Positions 44,369 through 54,352 of a stretch of 56,449 nt of DNA are shown piece by piece (position 1 is the first letter of the stretch; every line of letters begins with the position of its first letter). The translations under genes and the position numbers were made by a program. The notes beneath the pieces were generated by a model, which saw nothing but the letters and a program-made list of their open reading frames with translations, was not told the DNA's origin and searched no databases. The DNA lies in the IMG/VR virus record IMGVR_UViG_3300020159_000747, positions 1 through 56,449 of that record; one strand, 5' to 3'. This DNA is from a virus (Duplodnaviria; Caudoviricetes).

Positions 44369-45705
44369 CGTGTTCTTGCCACCGCCTTAGCAACACGTGC
44401 GGCAGTAGCAGCCGTACGCTTAGGTTCTGTAGAAGCAGTTCGTTTTCCAATCGCTTTATTAGCAGTCTTCCAAACAGCTGCGCTGTTATTAACAGTGGTT
44501 ATCTTACTTCTATTTTTAATCTTTCCAAAACTGTCTTTTGTTGTTGGCGTATATTTAATACCTGTACGAACAAGTTTAGTCTTTGCTTTAATTTTTGTGT
44601 TTTTTTTATTAGGTATTATTACACGGTTTCCACCTACAGGATTTTGAATATCCTGCCCGTCTTCCCAACGATTAGCTTGACCTAAACCATCAGTACCTAA
44701 ACTAACAACAGTTGTATAAACGTAGCTCTTTAAATTTTCTTCTTTAATTTTATGCTCTGTACTTAGTACAGTCCAAAATCCAGAGTAGTTAGGCCCCAGT
44801 CCATTTAAATAAACAGGCATACCTGGTCTTAGTGAAGGATTACCTAAAAGCTCAGCCTCTGCTCTATATGGGAACGCGTTTCTAAGTTCGGCAGCTTCTG
44901 CTTCATACTCAGCTATTTCTGCGTTTGTAGTTACGGCGTCAGTGTTGTACCTATCAAAGAATTCTTCTTGAGTCTTAGCTCGTGTTTTTTTGTTACGCTT
45001 TTGTTTAGTAGCAGCGTAAGCAGACTTACTGTTTTTATCTACGCCGCCTACCGCAACAGCAGCTTTCATATCTCCATCAAAACTTAAAGACTCACTAATA
45101 ATTGGTTTAAAGCTATAGATGCTGCCGAGACCCATACCAACCTGTATTTGAGTAAAGGTTGGAGCTTCAGCCCTAAGCTCTTTGTAATCTTCTAGCAAAG
45201 GCTTTAGATAAACTTCAGTATTTTCGGTTCTTAAACCCCACCCAATTTGTTTAGCTAACTTAACAAGCATCTGCCAGTCCGTTAATCCAGGGTGAGATAT
45301 TTGTTCAAACACTCTGGGGTGTGGGTTAGTTATAGCTACAAGTCCATGCTTACTAGATATCTCATCTACAACCATATCGGCTGTGTAACCTTTATAGAGT
45401 CCTTGAGACGCTTGTTTCAATGGAAAAGAGCCACCAATACAAGTAACAGTAATAAAGTTTTTGCCAGCCGTTTGGTCGGTCTCTACATGATGAATATAAC
45501 CATAGAAATCTCGGCTATCAACCATAGATGAAAAAGTAGCTTCTACAGGAGTGCCTGGTCTAACGTTGTCGTAATCGTATCCCCAGTCTTTAAATGTAAA
45601 CTCTACTACTTCATGTTCATAAAATTTTTGTTTTAAAGTTGCCGAATAAACGTATGTTGGGTCATCAGCGGCATTTGGAAATGAGACAGTTACTCGATTA
45701 GACAT
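44365..45705 (-). CDS. Baseplate hub (gpD/gp27-like)
   Basis: TDWQMLVKLA..G, GNPSLRPG.PV.L.G, SGFWTV. Confidence 0.75.
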   Translation of the reverse strand: MSNRVTVSFPNAADDPTYVYSATLKQKFYEHEVVEFTFKDWGYDYDNVRPGTPVEATFSSMVDSRDFYGYIHHVETDQTAGKNFITVTCIGGSFPLKQASQGLYKGYTADMVVDEISSKHGLVAITNPHPRVFEQISHPGLTDWQMLVKLAKQIGWGLRTENTEVYLKPLLEDYKELRAEAPTFTQIQVGMGLGSIYSFKPIISESLSFDGDMKAAVAVGGVDKNSKSAYAATKQKRNKKTRAKTQEEFFDRYNTDAVTTNAEIAEYEAEAAELRNAFPYRAEAELLGNPSLRPGMPVYLNGLGPNYSGFWTVLSTEHKIKEENLKSYVYTTVVSLGTDGLGQANRWEDGQDIQNPVGGNRVIIPNKKNTKIKAKTKLVRTGIKYTPTTKDSFGKIKNRSKITTVNNSAAVWKTANKAIGKRTASTEPKRTAATAARVAKAVARTR

Positions 45706-45976
45706 TAGGAATCCTTAAGATGGTGCCATTAGGAATGTTCTCAAAGTCATCTACTTCAGGGTTAAATTCAGCAATTAACCACCATAAGCTTGGTCGTCTA
45801 TAGTATTTTTCAGCAATAGAGTCTAGTCTTTCACCAGTTATATATTTATGAGTGTCGTAAGTAACATAGCCAAGCTCACTAAAATCATAAAATACAACTG
45901 GGTTTTTACTAGCACCAGCTTCTACAGCGTAGAAATCAACTAGAGAAAACTCATATCTAGAGCCTGCTTTTATCAT
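45698..45976 (-). CDS. LysM / tail X-like baseplate protein
   Basis: GERLDSIAEKYY...WWLIAEFNP...GTILRIP. Confidence 0.82.
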   Translation of the reverse strand: MIKAGSRYEFSLVDFYAVEAGASKNPVVFYDFSELGYVTYDTHKYITGERLDSIAEKYYRRPSLWWLIAEFNPEVDDFENIPNGTILRIPNV

Positions 45977-45985
45977 CAGTATCTC

Positions 45986-47374
45986 CTATACAATCATTGA
46001 GCCAGCAAAACAGTCAACTGACATGTTTAGTACTGTTCTTAAAGGAACCATGTTTTCGGCAAAAGATGTGTGGTTGATAGATAAAGAACTTAACCACCCA
46101 ACGTATGACAAGCTGTTCATTGAGCTAATGCTACTGACGTCTCCGCCTAATTCAAAAGCTAAAAGCGTAGGTTGTAGGTATCCTAAGTCCGCTGTTTTTT
46201 TACCTAACAAGTTTTTCCAACCGTCTGCAGAAGCATCTCCAAACTTTCCATCACCATTGATAGCTTTAAATAGATACTCCAAATCAGCCATTGTTCCAAG
46301 CTCGGCAAGTTTTTTAATTTGTAGTGCATAATCTTCAGTTTTTGCTAATGGATGCTTTCCACCGTTTGTGTAATACTGATTAAAGTCTACATAGTTGCCA
46401 TCATTACCAATATTAGCAAGTTGATAAAAATTTCTAATACAAGCAAAATCATTAGTTCTATCTAATGTGATAGATAAGCTAACGCTTTCTTGACCTGGAA
46501 ACGCACCAGATACCGAAGTATACACATCGGCAGATGACGGAGTAATCTCCATGTTTCTATTAACACTGACAGAAATAGACTCAGGATTCCACAAAAATTG
46601 GAATCCGTATTTATAAGAGTCGTCGCCAATAATTGTTCGTCCATCAGGTTTGTAAGTTTTATTTCCAATTTCTTTTTGACGTTTGTCACCCATGGTAGAA
46701 ACTTCGCCAGTTGTTCTATCAATAGAGGTTGCATTAGCTGCGTTGTCGTAATACCAAATTCTACCTCGTCGTGAGCCGTGAAACGCGTACCCAAATCCAC
46801 CTACATCACCTGGGATAACCTCTTGAGGTCTTATTGGAAGGCTCCAATTGTGTGGGGGTAAATTAAAACTATAATTGTAAGGACTAGGAATTGGAGGAGT
46901 CTTTGAGGCTTTTTTACCGCCACCACCTTTGTTTCCACCCTTGCCGCCAGACCCACCAGACCCACCAGTGCCTCCAGGACCAGAGCCCGTTTTGTTTTTA
47001 TTAGCTAGCATCTTACTTAGAGCTAGTGCACCGATAGCTGCAACACCAGTACCAACTGGTCCAGCACTACCGCGGGCAGCAGTAGCGATTCCCGCTCTTG
47101 TAAAACCGTAAATCTTTGAAGCTAAGCTTGGAGCAGCAACTACTGCAGCTCCCTTAAGCGTAGTACCTGCCGTACTCTTAGTTGTTTTAACAACAGAAGT
47201 TTTTACTCCTGGATTTTTGCTCAACTTTAAAACAGTAGTTTTATTACTTTTTATCCCTGTCTTAGTAACGTTGACTGCAACTTTAGCGACGCTTACCGCA
47301 CGTGAGCGAGTAAGGACTGCGGCACCAACACGGATTGCACCTAATGCTAGCGGTACGGCTAATGGAAATGGCAT
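45986..47374 (-). CDS. Tail tube initiator-like protein with long basic/Gly-rich N-terminus
   Basis: FQFLWNPESISV...F.ENMVPLR; lies between TMP and the LysM gene. Confidence 0.65.
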   Translation of the reverse strand: MPFPLAVPLALGAIRVGAAVLTRSRAVSVAKVAVNVTKTGIKSNKTTVLKLSKNPGVKTSVVKTTKSTAGTTLKGAAVVAAPSLASKIYGFTRAGIATAARGSAGPVGTGVAAIGALALSKMLANKNKTGSGPGGTGGSGGSGGKGGNKGGGGKKASKTPPIPSPYNYSFNLPPHNWSLPIRPQEVIPGDVGGFGYAFHGSRRGRIWYYDNAANATSIDRTTGEVSTMGDKRQKEIGNKTYKPDGRTIIGDDSYKYGFQFLWNPESISVSVNRNMEITPSSADVYTSVSGAFPGQESVSLSITLDRTNDFACIRNFYQLANIGNDGNYVDFNQYYTNGGKHPLAKTEDYALQIKKLAELGTMADLEYLFKAINGDGKFGDASADGWKNLLGKKTADLGYLQPTLLAFELGGDVSSISSMNSLSYVGWLSSLSINHTSFAENMVPLRTVLNMSVDCFAGSMIV

Positions 47375-49632
47375 TATTGTCCTCCTAGTTGCTTGTTAAA
47401 GTTTTGACTAGATAAAAGTTGCTTAAGCGCTTCTGCAGTTGCAGCTGGGTTTCCGCCACCTTCAATTTTAATAGTTACTCCACCCATGTTGTATGTACTA
47501 GCAGAAGGTGTTGGTTGAGCAAATGCTTCTGGCTTTTCTTTTTTATCAAACCCCGCCCATCGGTCTGATTTTGATAAAAACTCTTTCCAAGATACGCCAC
47601 TAGCACCGTCACTACTATTACCAGGAAGCATCCCAGACCAACCAGAGTTAGTTGTTGGGGTCGTCTTGCCGTCAAAGTTATATGGACTTCCACCAACTTT
47701 ACCTGTAACCCAAGCAGAACTATTAATAGCAGCAAGAATATCTTCTTTACTCTTACCAGCTTTTAACGCTTCAATAATGTCTGTGTATCCACGCTTGTCT
47801 GCGCTCTTACCAGTAAGGGTATCGATAGTTGCATTAAGTCCATCTTCCCAGCTCTTATAAACCTTTACGCCTACGTGGTTCATAGACTCTGAGCCGTACT
47901 TGCCACCTAAAGTTGTATTAAGTGGGTTGTACTTAGCAGAGTTTTTAAAGTGACCACCCTCATGGTTCTGCCATATCTTTAAAGCATCAATAGAATCTTG
48001 GCTTTGAGGAGCACCAATCTTTTTTAAGAAAGCTTTAGCAAAGTCTTCGTTTGAAGATTTCTCATCTAATCCTGTGCCTTTTCCAAACACCCAACCACCG
48101 TCACCACGGAATGGGTAGTTCTTTAAATCGTGGTTAGGAACAATGTATCCATCTTCTTTAGGTACAAAGAGTTCTGGTCCGCGCTCGCCAACAATGTAAG
48201 GTGACTTTTTGTCTACGTCTCCGCCCTCAGCTTTAAATATTCCTGTAAGGGCTCTTGATACTGGGTTACCAACTAAGAAACCAGTGAGAGCACTTATGGC
48301 GTTATTACCGCCGCTACCTAGTGTTTCAAAGAAACCTTTAGTTGCACCTAGAGCAGATATAAGACCAGTAAACTTATCCATCTCGGTAAAGAAACCACTT
48401 ACATAAGACATAAGCTGGTCTGCTCTACCCTTAGCGTCAGCAATAGCTGGAGCTGTTGTAGAGATAAATTCTGATGCTTGAGCAGTTCTTTGCCCCTGCA
48501 TGTTTGCAGCAAAAGTAGAAAGACCTGCGTCTTGAGATAGCTTCTTCATTCTGTCGCCACTCATACCAGCAAACTGTGCTCCGCCTGTAGACGCCTTAAG
48601 TAGAAGTCCGTCTTCAATCATCTTTCTTAGGTACGGGTCATTACCAAAAAGATTATCAAGCATGGTGGCAATTGCGTTACCAGGCAATAAAGAAGTTTTA
48701 ATATCTTGAAGAGTAGAACCAGAACCACCAGTGCGTCTCTTTTGACTCTCAAGTTTATTCCACAAGTCATCAATGATAGCTCTTGGGTCGCGAGGCATTC
48801 CGTTTTCATCACGAACCCTAATACCAACCGCTCTTAACATGTTTACGCTTCTACCGCGGTTAAGTGCGCCCACTGCTTGAGCAGCGCCTTCTCCACCCAT
48901 ACCAGGAGTCATGTTAGATAAAACTGCAGAGCCCATAGCAACCTGCTGCATGTTTTGCTGGGAACCGCCATAGATACCACCTTGTGCAAAGGTAGCCATC
49001 ATTCGCATATTATCTAGCGGGTCTTTCATAAGACCAGCTTTTGCTATTTTGTTTAAGAAATCTCGTGTCTGGTCATAAGCGCCGTTCTTTCCGCTCATGT
49101 CAGATAATCCACCAAGCACTCCTGGCATACCCGCTTGAACGCGGCCTCCGCCACCTAAAGATATAGCAGCACGTGATGTATATAGCTGTGCTTTAAATGC
49201 ATCGTCTGTGCCTGGCATTGCCATGGCAGCAGCAGTAACACCAGCTGCAGCTATTTGAGCAGGTGATGGTTGTCTAAAGACGTTTGTATTTCCGCCACCT
49301 TGAGGTGCGCCTGCAGCAGCAGGACCTGTACCACCTGGACCAGCAGGACCAGCGGGGCCGCCTGGGCCGCCTGCTTGTGGAGTAGAAAAAGTAGGGCCAG
49401 CCATAACAGTATTGGCGCCACCTGGGCCACCAATACCGCTAAAGGCGTTTTTAAATTTAGCACCCATGCGGGTGATTTTTTGTTCGGCTGCATTAAGTGA
49501 GCTGTTAATTCTGTACTCAATGGTGCTAGCCATTTGTAAAAGGGTAGAGTGAGCCCCACGGCTTGATTGTTCAAACCGCTGCATGTTGTTCGCAGCATTT
49601 CCACTACTGGAGTTGCTAGGCATATTTAACAT
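47374..49632 (-). CDS. Tape measure protein with C-terminal muralytic-like domain
   Basis: Gly/Ala-rich; YIVGERGPELFVP; W..HEGG...YNPLNTT...GVKVYKSWEDGLNAT. Confidence 0.78.
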   Translation of the reverse strand: MLNMPSNSSSGNAANNMQRFEQSSRGAHSTLLQMASTIEYRINSSLNAAEQKITRMGAKFKNAFSGIGGPGGANTVMAGPTFSTPQAGGPGGPAGPAGPGGTGPAAAGAPQGGGNTNVFRQPSPAQIAAAGVTAAAMAMPGTDDAFKAQLYTSRAAISLGGGGRVQAGMPGVLGGLSDMSGKNGAYDQTRDFLNKIAKAGLMKDPLDNMRMMATFAQGGIYGGSQQNMQQVAMGSAVLSNMTPGMGGEGAAQAVGALNRGRSVNMLRAVGIRVRDENGMPRDPRAIIDDLWNKLESQKRRTGGSGSTLQDIKTSLLPGNAIATMLDNLFGNDPYLRKMIEDGLLLKASTGGAQFAGMSGDRMKKLSQDAGLSTFAANMQGQRTAQASEFISTTAPAIADAKGRADQLMSYVSGFFTEMDKFTGLISALGATKGFFETLGSGGNNAISALTGFLVGNPVSRALTGIFKAEGGDVDKKSPYIVGERGPELFVPKEDGYIVPNHDLKNYPFRGDGGWVFGKGTGLDEKSSNEDFAKAFLKKIGAPQSQDSIDALKIWQNHEGGHFKNSAKYNPLNTTLGGKYGSESMNHVGVKVYKSWEDGLNATIDTLTGKSADKRGYTDIIEALKAGKSKEDILAAINSSAWVTGKVGGSPYNFDGKTTPTTNSGWSGMLPGNSSDGASGVSWKEFLSKSDRWAGFDKKEKPEAFAQPTPSASTYNMGGVTIKIEGGGNPAATAEALKQLLSSQNFNKQLGGQ

Positions 49633-49781
49633 TATCTAGTCCTTCTAGAACGTTCTAACCAATTAAGACGCTCTCTGGGTGAGAGGCTTCTTATATCTGA
49701 TAGTGACCAACCAACGAAAGTTCTTGTAAGAATCTCGTACTGGTCTAACAGGCTTTCGTAATCTGTTTCACTAAATGCGAA
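49632..49781 (-). CDS. Frameshift extension of the tail assembly chaperone
   Basis: +1 frame FAFSETDYESLLDQYEILTRTFVGWSLSDIRSLSPRERLNWLERSRRTR, no ATG, stop overlaps the TMP ATG. Confidence 0.65.
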   Translation of the reverse strand, partial: FAFSETDYESLLDQYEILTRTFVGWSLSDIRSLSPRERLNWLERSRRTR

Positions 49782-50565
49782 ACAAGTCGAGCAAGGACAG
49801 CGGAAGAGCCATTAACTCACCACATGCCTTACAAGCCCTGGTCACCTCCCCAAGGCGTGGACCTGGGTTACGCTTGATGATTTCATCAACAAGCTTGGTT
49901 CTATCTGCCATACCCAAAGATAAAGCAGTCATAGCACCTTCAGATGGTTCTCCGTTTAGTGACACTAAGCATCCAGCTAGTAAAATTGTATTTACTTCTG
50001 CAGGTGTTCGTTCAAAGTTCTCCATGAGTTTTCTTTGAGTAACACCGTTTGGTAGAGCCACTATGGCTGTACCTGTTTTTGTTTCAACTTCAAAAGTTCT
50101 ATCTTCTTTAGCATCTTTTAATTCCACTACTGGAACGTCTGATGATAAAAGGATAGAGACATCTTGCGTATCACCACAGTCACGACAACGTGCGGTGATA
50201 TTAATGTCATCCCCGAAAGTCACCTTTCTAATTGCTAGAAGGATGGTGTCTCGGTCGCCAGCTAGGATAGAATCTAGGTCTGCCTTCTCAGCGTTCCTAG
50301 AGCCAATCTTTACAAGGCCTCGTTGCAAAAGGACATTGAGAGCTTTGCCTGAGGTACCTGCTTTTGCTACAGCTTCCTCGTCAGCCCCGTTAAGTTCTCG
50401 TACTTCAACTGTGTTGATTACTTCACCATTTGGCTCAATGAAGCCGCCTGGCAACTTAACAGAAGACTCTGAAGGGGCCCGCGTCTTAATGACTTGTGCG
50501 GGCTCCTCCATCGCCTTTGCTGCAAATTTCTGTATTAGTTCTGCGTCTGTGATAATTTCAGTCAC
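49771..50565 (-). CDS. Tail assembly chaperone / baseplate hub assembly protein (gp26-like)
   Basis: VRELNGADEE, GDRDTILLAIR.VTFG, two CxxC; lies between tube and TMP. Confidence 0.72.
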   Translation of the reverse strand: MTEIITDAELIQKFAAKAMEEPAQVIKTRAPSESSVKLPGGFIEPNGEVINTVEVRELNGADEEAVAKAGTSGKALNVLLQRGLVKIGSRNAEKADLDSILAGDRDTILLAIRKVTFGDDINITARCRDCGDTQDVSILLSSDVPVVELKDAKEDRTFEVETKTGTAIVALPNGVTQRKLMENFERTPAEVNTILLAGCLVSLNGEPSEGAMTALSLGMADRTKLVDEIIKRNPGPRLGEVTRACKACGELMALPLSLLDLFRI

Positions 50566-50590
50566 GATTTATGCTCCTAAGGTTTGTTAA

Positions 50591-51199
50591 TTAAGAAATT
50601 TTTCCTGCTGCGTCTTCTTCTTTGCCGTCCTTAGTAAAGAAGACTGACAAGCCTTCATGTACTAATGTCATTGACTCAAACAAGATTGCGCCATCTGCTG
50701 CGTTAAGGTCTGTATAGTTTAGCGCAGTAATCCATGCATTGTGAATCTTGAAACCCATCTTGTACTTCTGAACCTCTGTTGGTCCAGAGTTTGGATGGTC
50801 AGCTACAAACACCTTGATGTTAACGCGGAAGCTTTCAGCAGCTCCTGTTGTGCCGCCGTTTACAGCAATACCTTCTCCAGATGCTGCTGCAAATAGACCA
50901 CGCATCCATGTGATTGCCTGGTCATTACCAGCCAATACTCCACGCTGCATAGTGATTGGTGTAAAGGTAGTCATACCAGGTACCTGATGTACTGTGGTGT
51001 TGTAGCCACCTTCACGATATTGAATGGCCTGAGTGTTGATGCTCAACCCACTGATACTGCTAAATCCGCCAGACCAGGTGATAAGTTTCTGGTCAAAGAC
51101 CTTACCGTCCTTTGCTACCTCAAACTTAGCGAAGAACCGAAACGAGCGTAACGGGTCTGTTGCTAGTGTTGAGTGGCGATTGATTATGCTACTTGTCAT
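50591..51199 (-). CDS. Tail tube protein (T4 gp19-like)
   Basis: DPLRSFRF, GFSSISGL, YREGG, ITMQRG, ESMTLVHEG. Confidence 0.9.
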   Translation of the reverse strand: MTSSIINRHSTLATDPLRSFRFFAKFEVAKDGKVFDQKLITWSGGFSSISGLSINTQAIQYREGGYNTTVHQVPGMTTFTPITMQRGVLAGNDQAITWMRGLFAAASGEGIAVNGGTTGAAESFRVNIKVFVADHPNSGPTEVQKYKMGFKIHNAWITALNYTDLNAADGAILFESMTLVHEGLSVFFTKDGKEEDAAGKIS

Positions 51200-51214
51200 T
51201 GGTGGTTATCTCCT

Positions 51215-52732
51215 TTACGCCACAGTAACGGTGGTGCCACCGTCAAACTGTCCAATTTTAATAATGATAAATTCAGCTGGACGCTGTAGAGCAACGCCAA
51301 CTTCAATGTTTACGTACCCATTGTCAATCGAGCTTTGTGGGTTGTTTTCTGCATCAACCTTTACAAAGAACGCTGCTTGTGGGGTAGCGCCTCGTAGCCC
51401 ACCCTTGCTCCAGAAATCAGTAAGGAAAGTACTGATTGAAGAGTTAATGCGGTTCCACAAGAACTCGTCGTTTGGCTCAAAGATTGCAAACTGTGTAAGG
51501 TCTGTAAGAGACTTACGTAGATAGATAAGTGTGCGACGTACAGGTACGTACTTGTCTACATATCCACCCTTTAGAGTGCGTGAACCCATGATTACAATGC
51601 CTGAACCAGGTACAAACTTGATTGCGTTTACTGGATAAGCCGCAGAGTTAAGAGTATCAAGTTCACTATTTGTTAATGTTGCCACTGAAACAACGCCTGA
51701 TACGCGAGCAAGAAGACCAGCGGGGGCCTTGAATACTCCACGTGATGCATCAGTTGTTGCGATAACGCCCATAACCGCTGCGCCAGAACCAACTGCTCTT
51801 ACACGCCCTGTGCCAGAACCAGGAGCAAGTGTTGGGTCAGAAATAAGAAGATTTGGATAATAAACAGCGGCAAGTGAGCTTGCTGTGTACTGTGCAGCCA
51901 AAGCCAACTGTACAGAGGACTCATCATAGACGCCGTCAATAACTACAAACACATCTTGACGAGAGTTTGCATAACCAATAGCTGCGTTAATAACTGGAAC
52001 GGTTGAGTTACCAGGTATATTCAAAATTAAAGATTGTTTAATGGTGTCAAAGTTTAAAAGACCATTTGAATAATCTGTATTACCTATAGCGGTTCCATTG
52101 ATTCCAGTAGCTAAAGTTTGGTTTGTTACAACAGCTGGGTTACGAGTAGAACCTGTGTTTGCTGAGTTAAGGTCAGTTAGTCGTACGTAGCCAGAAGCTG
52201 CGTTAACGATAGCTGTTGCATAACGAGCATTTGTTGCTGTCATTGAAAGGTCAACGTGACGCTCAACTAGGTTTGCATCTGTATTGCCACCGTAGTAAAC
52301 AAACAAATCAAATAGACCTGTTGTTGCTGAGTTACCAATACTGATATTAATGTTGTTACCCCAAGCTCCAGCGTTATTAGCTTGAATTTGAAGTGTTGCT
52401 GATGGGCTTGCTGCTCGGTCGGAAAGTGAACGAGTTGCTGATGTTGCGCCTGGTGCAATGCGGTTAACGTAGCACTGGCTTCCACCGTTTGTAAAGAACA
52501 TGTACACAGCAAGTGGTAAATCATTACTAGCTGCTCCTGTTCCAGTACTTGTGTTCCAAGTACCGTACAGTGTTGAGTACTGGCTCCATGATGTAATTAA
52601 TTGAGGTATTCCAACTGGACCACGGTCGTTTGCGCCAATAAATGCGCCGACAGAATCTGAGTTTGGACCAACCACAGGTGCGACAGGATTTAACGTTTCT
52701 TCAACGTAAACTCCTGGACGTAGAACTGCCAT
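51215..52732 (-). CDS. Tail sheath protein
   Basis: RPGVYVEE, FFTNGG, GVFKAPAG, YVPVRR, FEPND..LW, RPAEFI. Confidence 0.93.
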   Translation of the reverse strand: MAVLRPGVYVEETLNPVAPVVGPNSDSVGAFIGANDRGPVGIPQLITSWSQYSTLYGTWNTSTGTGAASNDLPLAVYMFFTNGGSQCYVNRIAPGATSATRSLSDRAASPSATLQIQANNAGAWGNNINISIGNSATTGLFDLFVYYGGNTDANLVERHVDLSMTATNARYATAIVNAASGYVRLTDLNSANTGSTRNPAVVTNQTLATGINGTAIGNTDYSNGLLNFDTIKQSLILNIPGNSTVPVINAAIGYANSRQDVFVVIDGVYDESSVQLALAAQYTASSLAAVYYPNLLISDPTLAPGSGTGRVRAVGSGAAVMGVIATTDASRGVFKAPAGLLARVSGVVSVATLTNSELDTLNSAAYPVNAIKFVPGSGIVIMGSRTLKGGYVDKYVPVRRTLIYLRKSLTDLTQFAIFEPNDEFLWNRINSSISTFLTDFWSKGGLRGATPQAAFFVKVDAENNPQSSIDNGYVNIEVGVALQRPAEFIIIKIGQFDGGTTVTVA

Positions 52733-52770
52733 TAGATTTTCTCCTTTGTTTTAAACAAGTTTGACATTTT

Positions 52771-53412
52771 TTATACTTTTGTTAATCCAGTAGGGATGTT
52801 CGATGTTTGGTCCGTTAACTCAGGAAGGTTAACAAGTACTTCTTCAACTCGTGAAGCCCTACGGCCTGCATCAAGTGGAGTAAGTTCACTGATTACTCTT
52901 ACTGTGTAAATGTTGCGTAGCAATCTGCGGTTTCCAGTTTCTCCGTCTACCGCATCTCGTTTTGCAAACCCATCAAGAAACATATGGCGGCGTGAGGTCT
53001 CTGTGCCTAGTTCGTTTGGAACTAGTAGACCGCCATACTTTGATGGAAATTTGTGCGTCAATTGAAACATCATTGCCCTGTCGTGACGCGGGTGACGGGC
53101 ATAGGTTGTAATTTGATATATCAAATCAAAAGCTACTGGTACTTCATAGCGGTAAGTCTTGCCAGATAGTGGGGCAACTGTTCCGCGATAGTCATTGTCT
53201 ACCAGTTGACCAGATGTCTGACGGTCATTAGCTGGAATCATGTCTATCAAATCAATAGTCACAAATGGAAACTCCTGTGCTCTAATCTCAACATCAGGGT
53301 ATCCAAACCACACCTTAACTGGGCGTGAGGCTGTCTTCTCATCTCCCACAGTCATACCTTGGAGCAAAGTCTTAAGAGCAGTGTCCTCAGCAATTAGAAA
53401 CGGATTTCCCAT
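52771..53412 (-). CDS. Tail terminator / sheath stabilizer-like protein
   Basis: Position upstream of the sheath; FPFVTID, PVAFDLIYQI. Confidence 0.6.
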   Translation of the reverse strand: MGNPFLIAEDTALKTLLQGMTVGDEKTASRPVKVWFGYPDVEIRAQEFPFVTIDLIDMIPANDRQTSGQLVDNDYRGTVAPLSGKTYRYEVPVAFDLIYQITTYARHPRHDRAMMFQLTHKFPSKYGGLLVPNELGTETSRRHMFLDGFAKRDAVDGETGNRRLLRNIYTVRVISELTPLDAGRRASRVEEVLVNLPELTDQTSNIPTGLTKV

Positions 53413-53413
53413 T

Positions 53414-53737
53414 TTATAGGTTCACCTCTTCCAACATATCTTCAGGGTGGGTCTCGTAAATCTTTGTTGCAAAATCTTCCATCTGATACTGAAAAGAGCG
53501 AATAGCTGAAGCTGGGGCCTGCGCACCAGAGCCATACTCTAAGTCTTCAATTTTTTGTTTAAACTCTGCTGGGTAGTCAACAGCAAACACACCTTGCTTT
53601 ACCACAACAGAAAGGGCCTGAGAAACGTCATCGGGCCAGCCGCGAGTAGCTGCTTCCTTCCTTAGGCTAGCCGTAAGGGCAGGTGCAGCGGACTCTAAAT
53701 TAGAATCAAGATTTCTTTTTAGATTTTTTATTGACAC
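53414..53737 (-). CDS. Neck / tail-completion protein (putative)
   Basis: DLEYG...P motif; position in the module. Confidence 0.5.
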   Translation of the reverse strand: MSIKNLKRNLDSNLESAAPALTASLRKEAATRGWPDDVSQALSVVVKQGVFAVDYPAEFKQKIEDLEYGSGAQAPASAIRSFQYQMEDFATKIYETHPEDMLEEVNL

Positions 53738-53873
53738 CAGTAATTACCCCACGAGCTGCCGCTCCTAGTAGCAATGCTTTCCACACTCCTGCGCCCGTGC
53801 CTTTATTACTCTCGGCCAAAGCTTCAATGAACTCAACGTCCGAAGCCTTGTCAACGTGATTATCTTTAGGCAT
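53706..53873 (-). CDS. Small hypothetical protein
   Basis: MPKDNHVDKASDVEF...; GGAG RBS. Confidence 0.55.
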   Translation of the reverse strand: MPKDNHVDKASDVEFIEALAESNKGTGAGVWKALLLGAAARGVITGVNKKSKKKS

Positions 53874-53953
53874 GTCATCTCCATAGGAGTAGTAAGCAAA
53901 GTACATCGCAGGGGGTGGTGCTGTGAGCCCCGCATGGGCTCACTACTAGGATA

Positions 53954-53981
53954 AAGCAAAGAGGGGCCTTTCGGCCCCTCA
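53954..53981 (-). terminator. Rho-independent terminator
   Basis: GAGGGGCC-GAAA-GGCCCCTC-TTTGCTTT. Confidence 0.8.
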
Positions 53982-53986
53982 ACTAC

Positions 53987-54208
53987 TTACTTCTTTTTAT
54001 CGGACTTCTTAATCTTCTTAATAATCTTGGCGTCAATCTTCTTATCCTCGGCCATGGTCTTAGGCTTCTTCTTAGCTCCGTGAGCCTTGTCAGCCTTCTC
54101 AAACTTAGCCTTTTCGTCCTTGTCAAAGCCAGCCTTCTTAAGCATCTTAGAGTCCTTCTTCTTATCCTTAGACTCTGTGTACTTGCCCTTCATAAAACCT
54201 GCAGCCAT
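53987..54208 (-). CDS. Lys-rich small protein
   Basis: 73 aa, TAATG coupling. Confidence 0.65.
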   Translation of the reverse strand: MAAGFMKGKYTESKDKKKDSKMLKKAGFDKDEKAKFEKADKAHGAKKKPKTMAEDKKIDAKIIKKIKKSDKKK

Positions 54209-54351
54209 TACATGCCCTTCTTTCTGTTCATTACAGCTTTCTTAGCTGGGGCCTTAGTAGCAGCTTTCTTAGCAAACTTCTTGTTGGCGTCCTTTAGGGA
54301 CTTCATGCCGTGCTTATCCTTTGGCTTACCGCATCCACATGTTGCACACAT
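54208..54351 (-). CDS. Small basic protein with CxxCxC N-terminus
   Basis: MCATCGCGKPK...KKAATKAPAKK. Confidence 0.6.
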   Translation of the reverse strand: MCATCGCGKPKDKHGMKSLKDANKKFAKKAATKAPAKKAVMNRKKGM

Positions 54352-54352
54352 A

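Noticed and set aside
38906-53412. Bacterial extracellular contractile injection system or tailocin
   Set aside because: It is embedded with phage replication genes, tRNAs, a tape measure and neck genes, so it is a myovirus tail.
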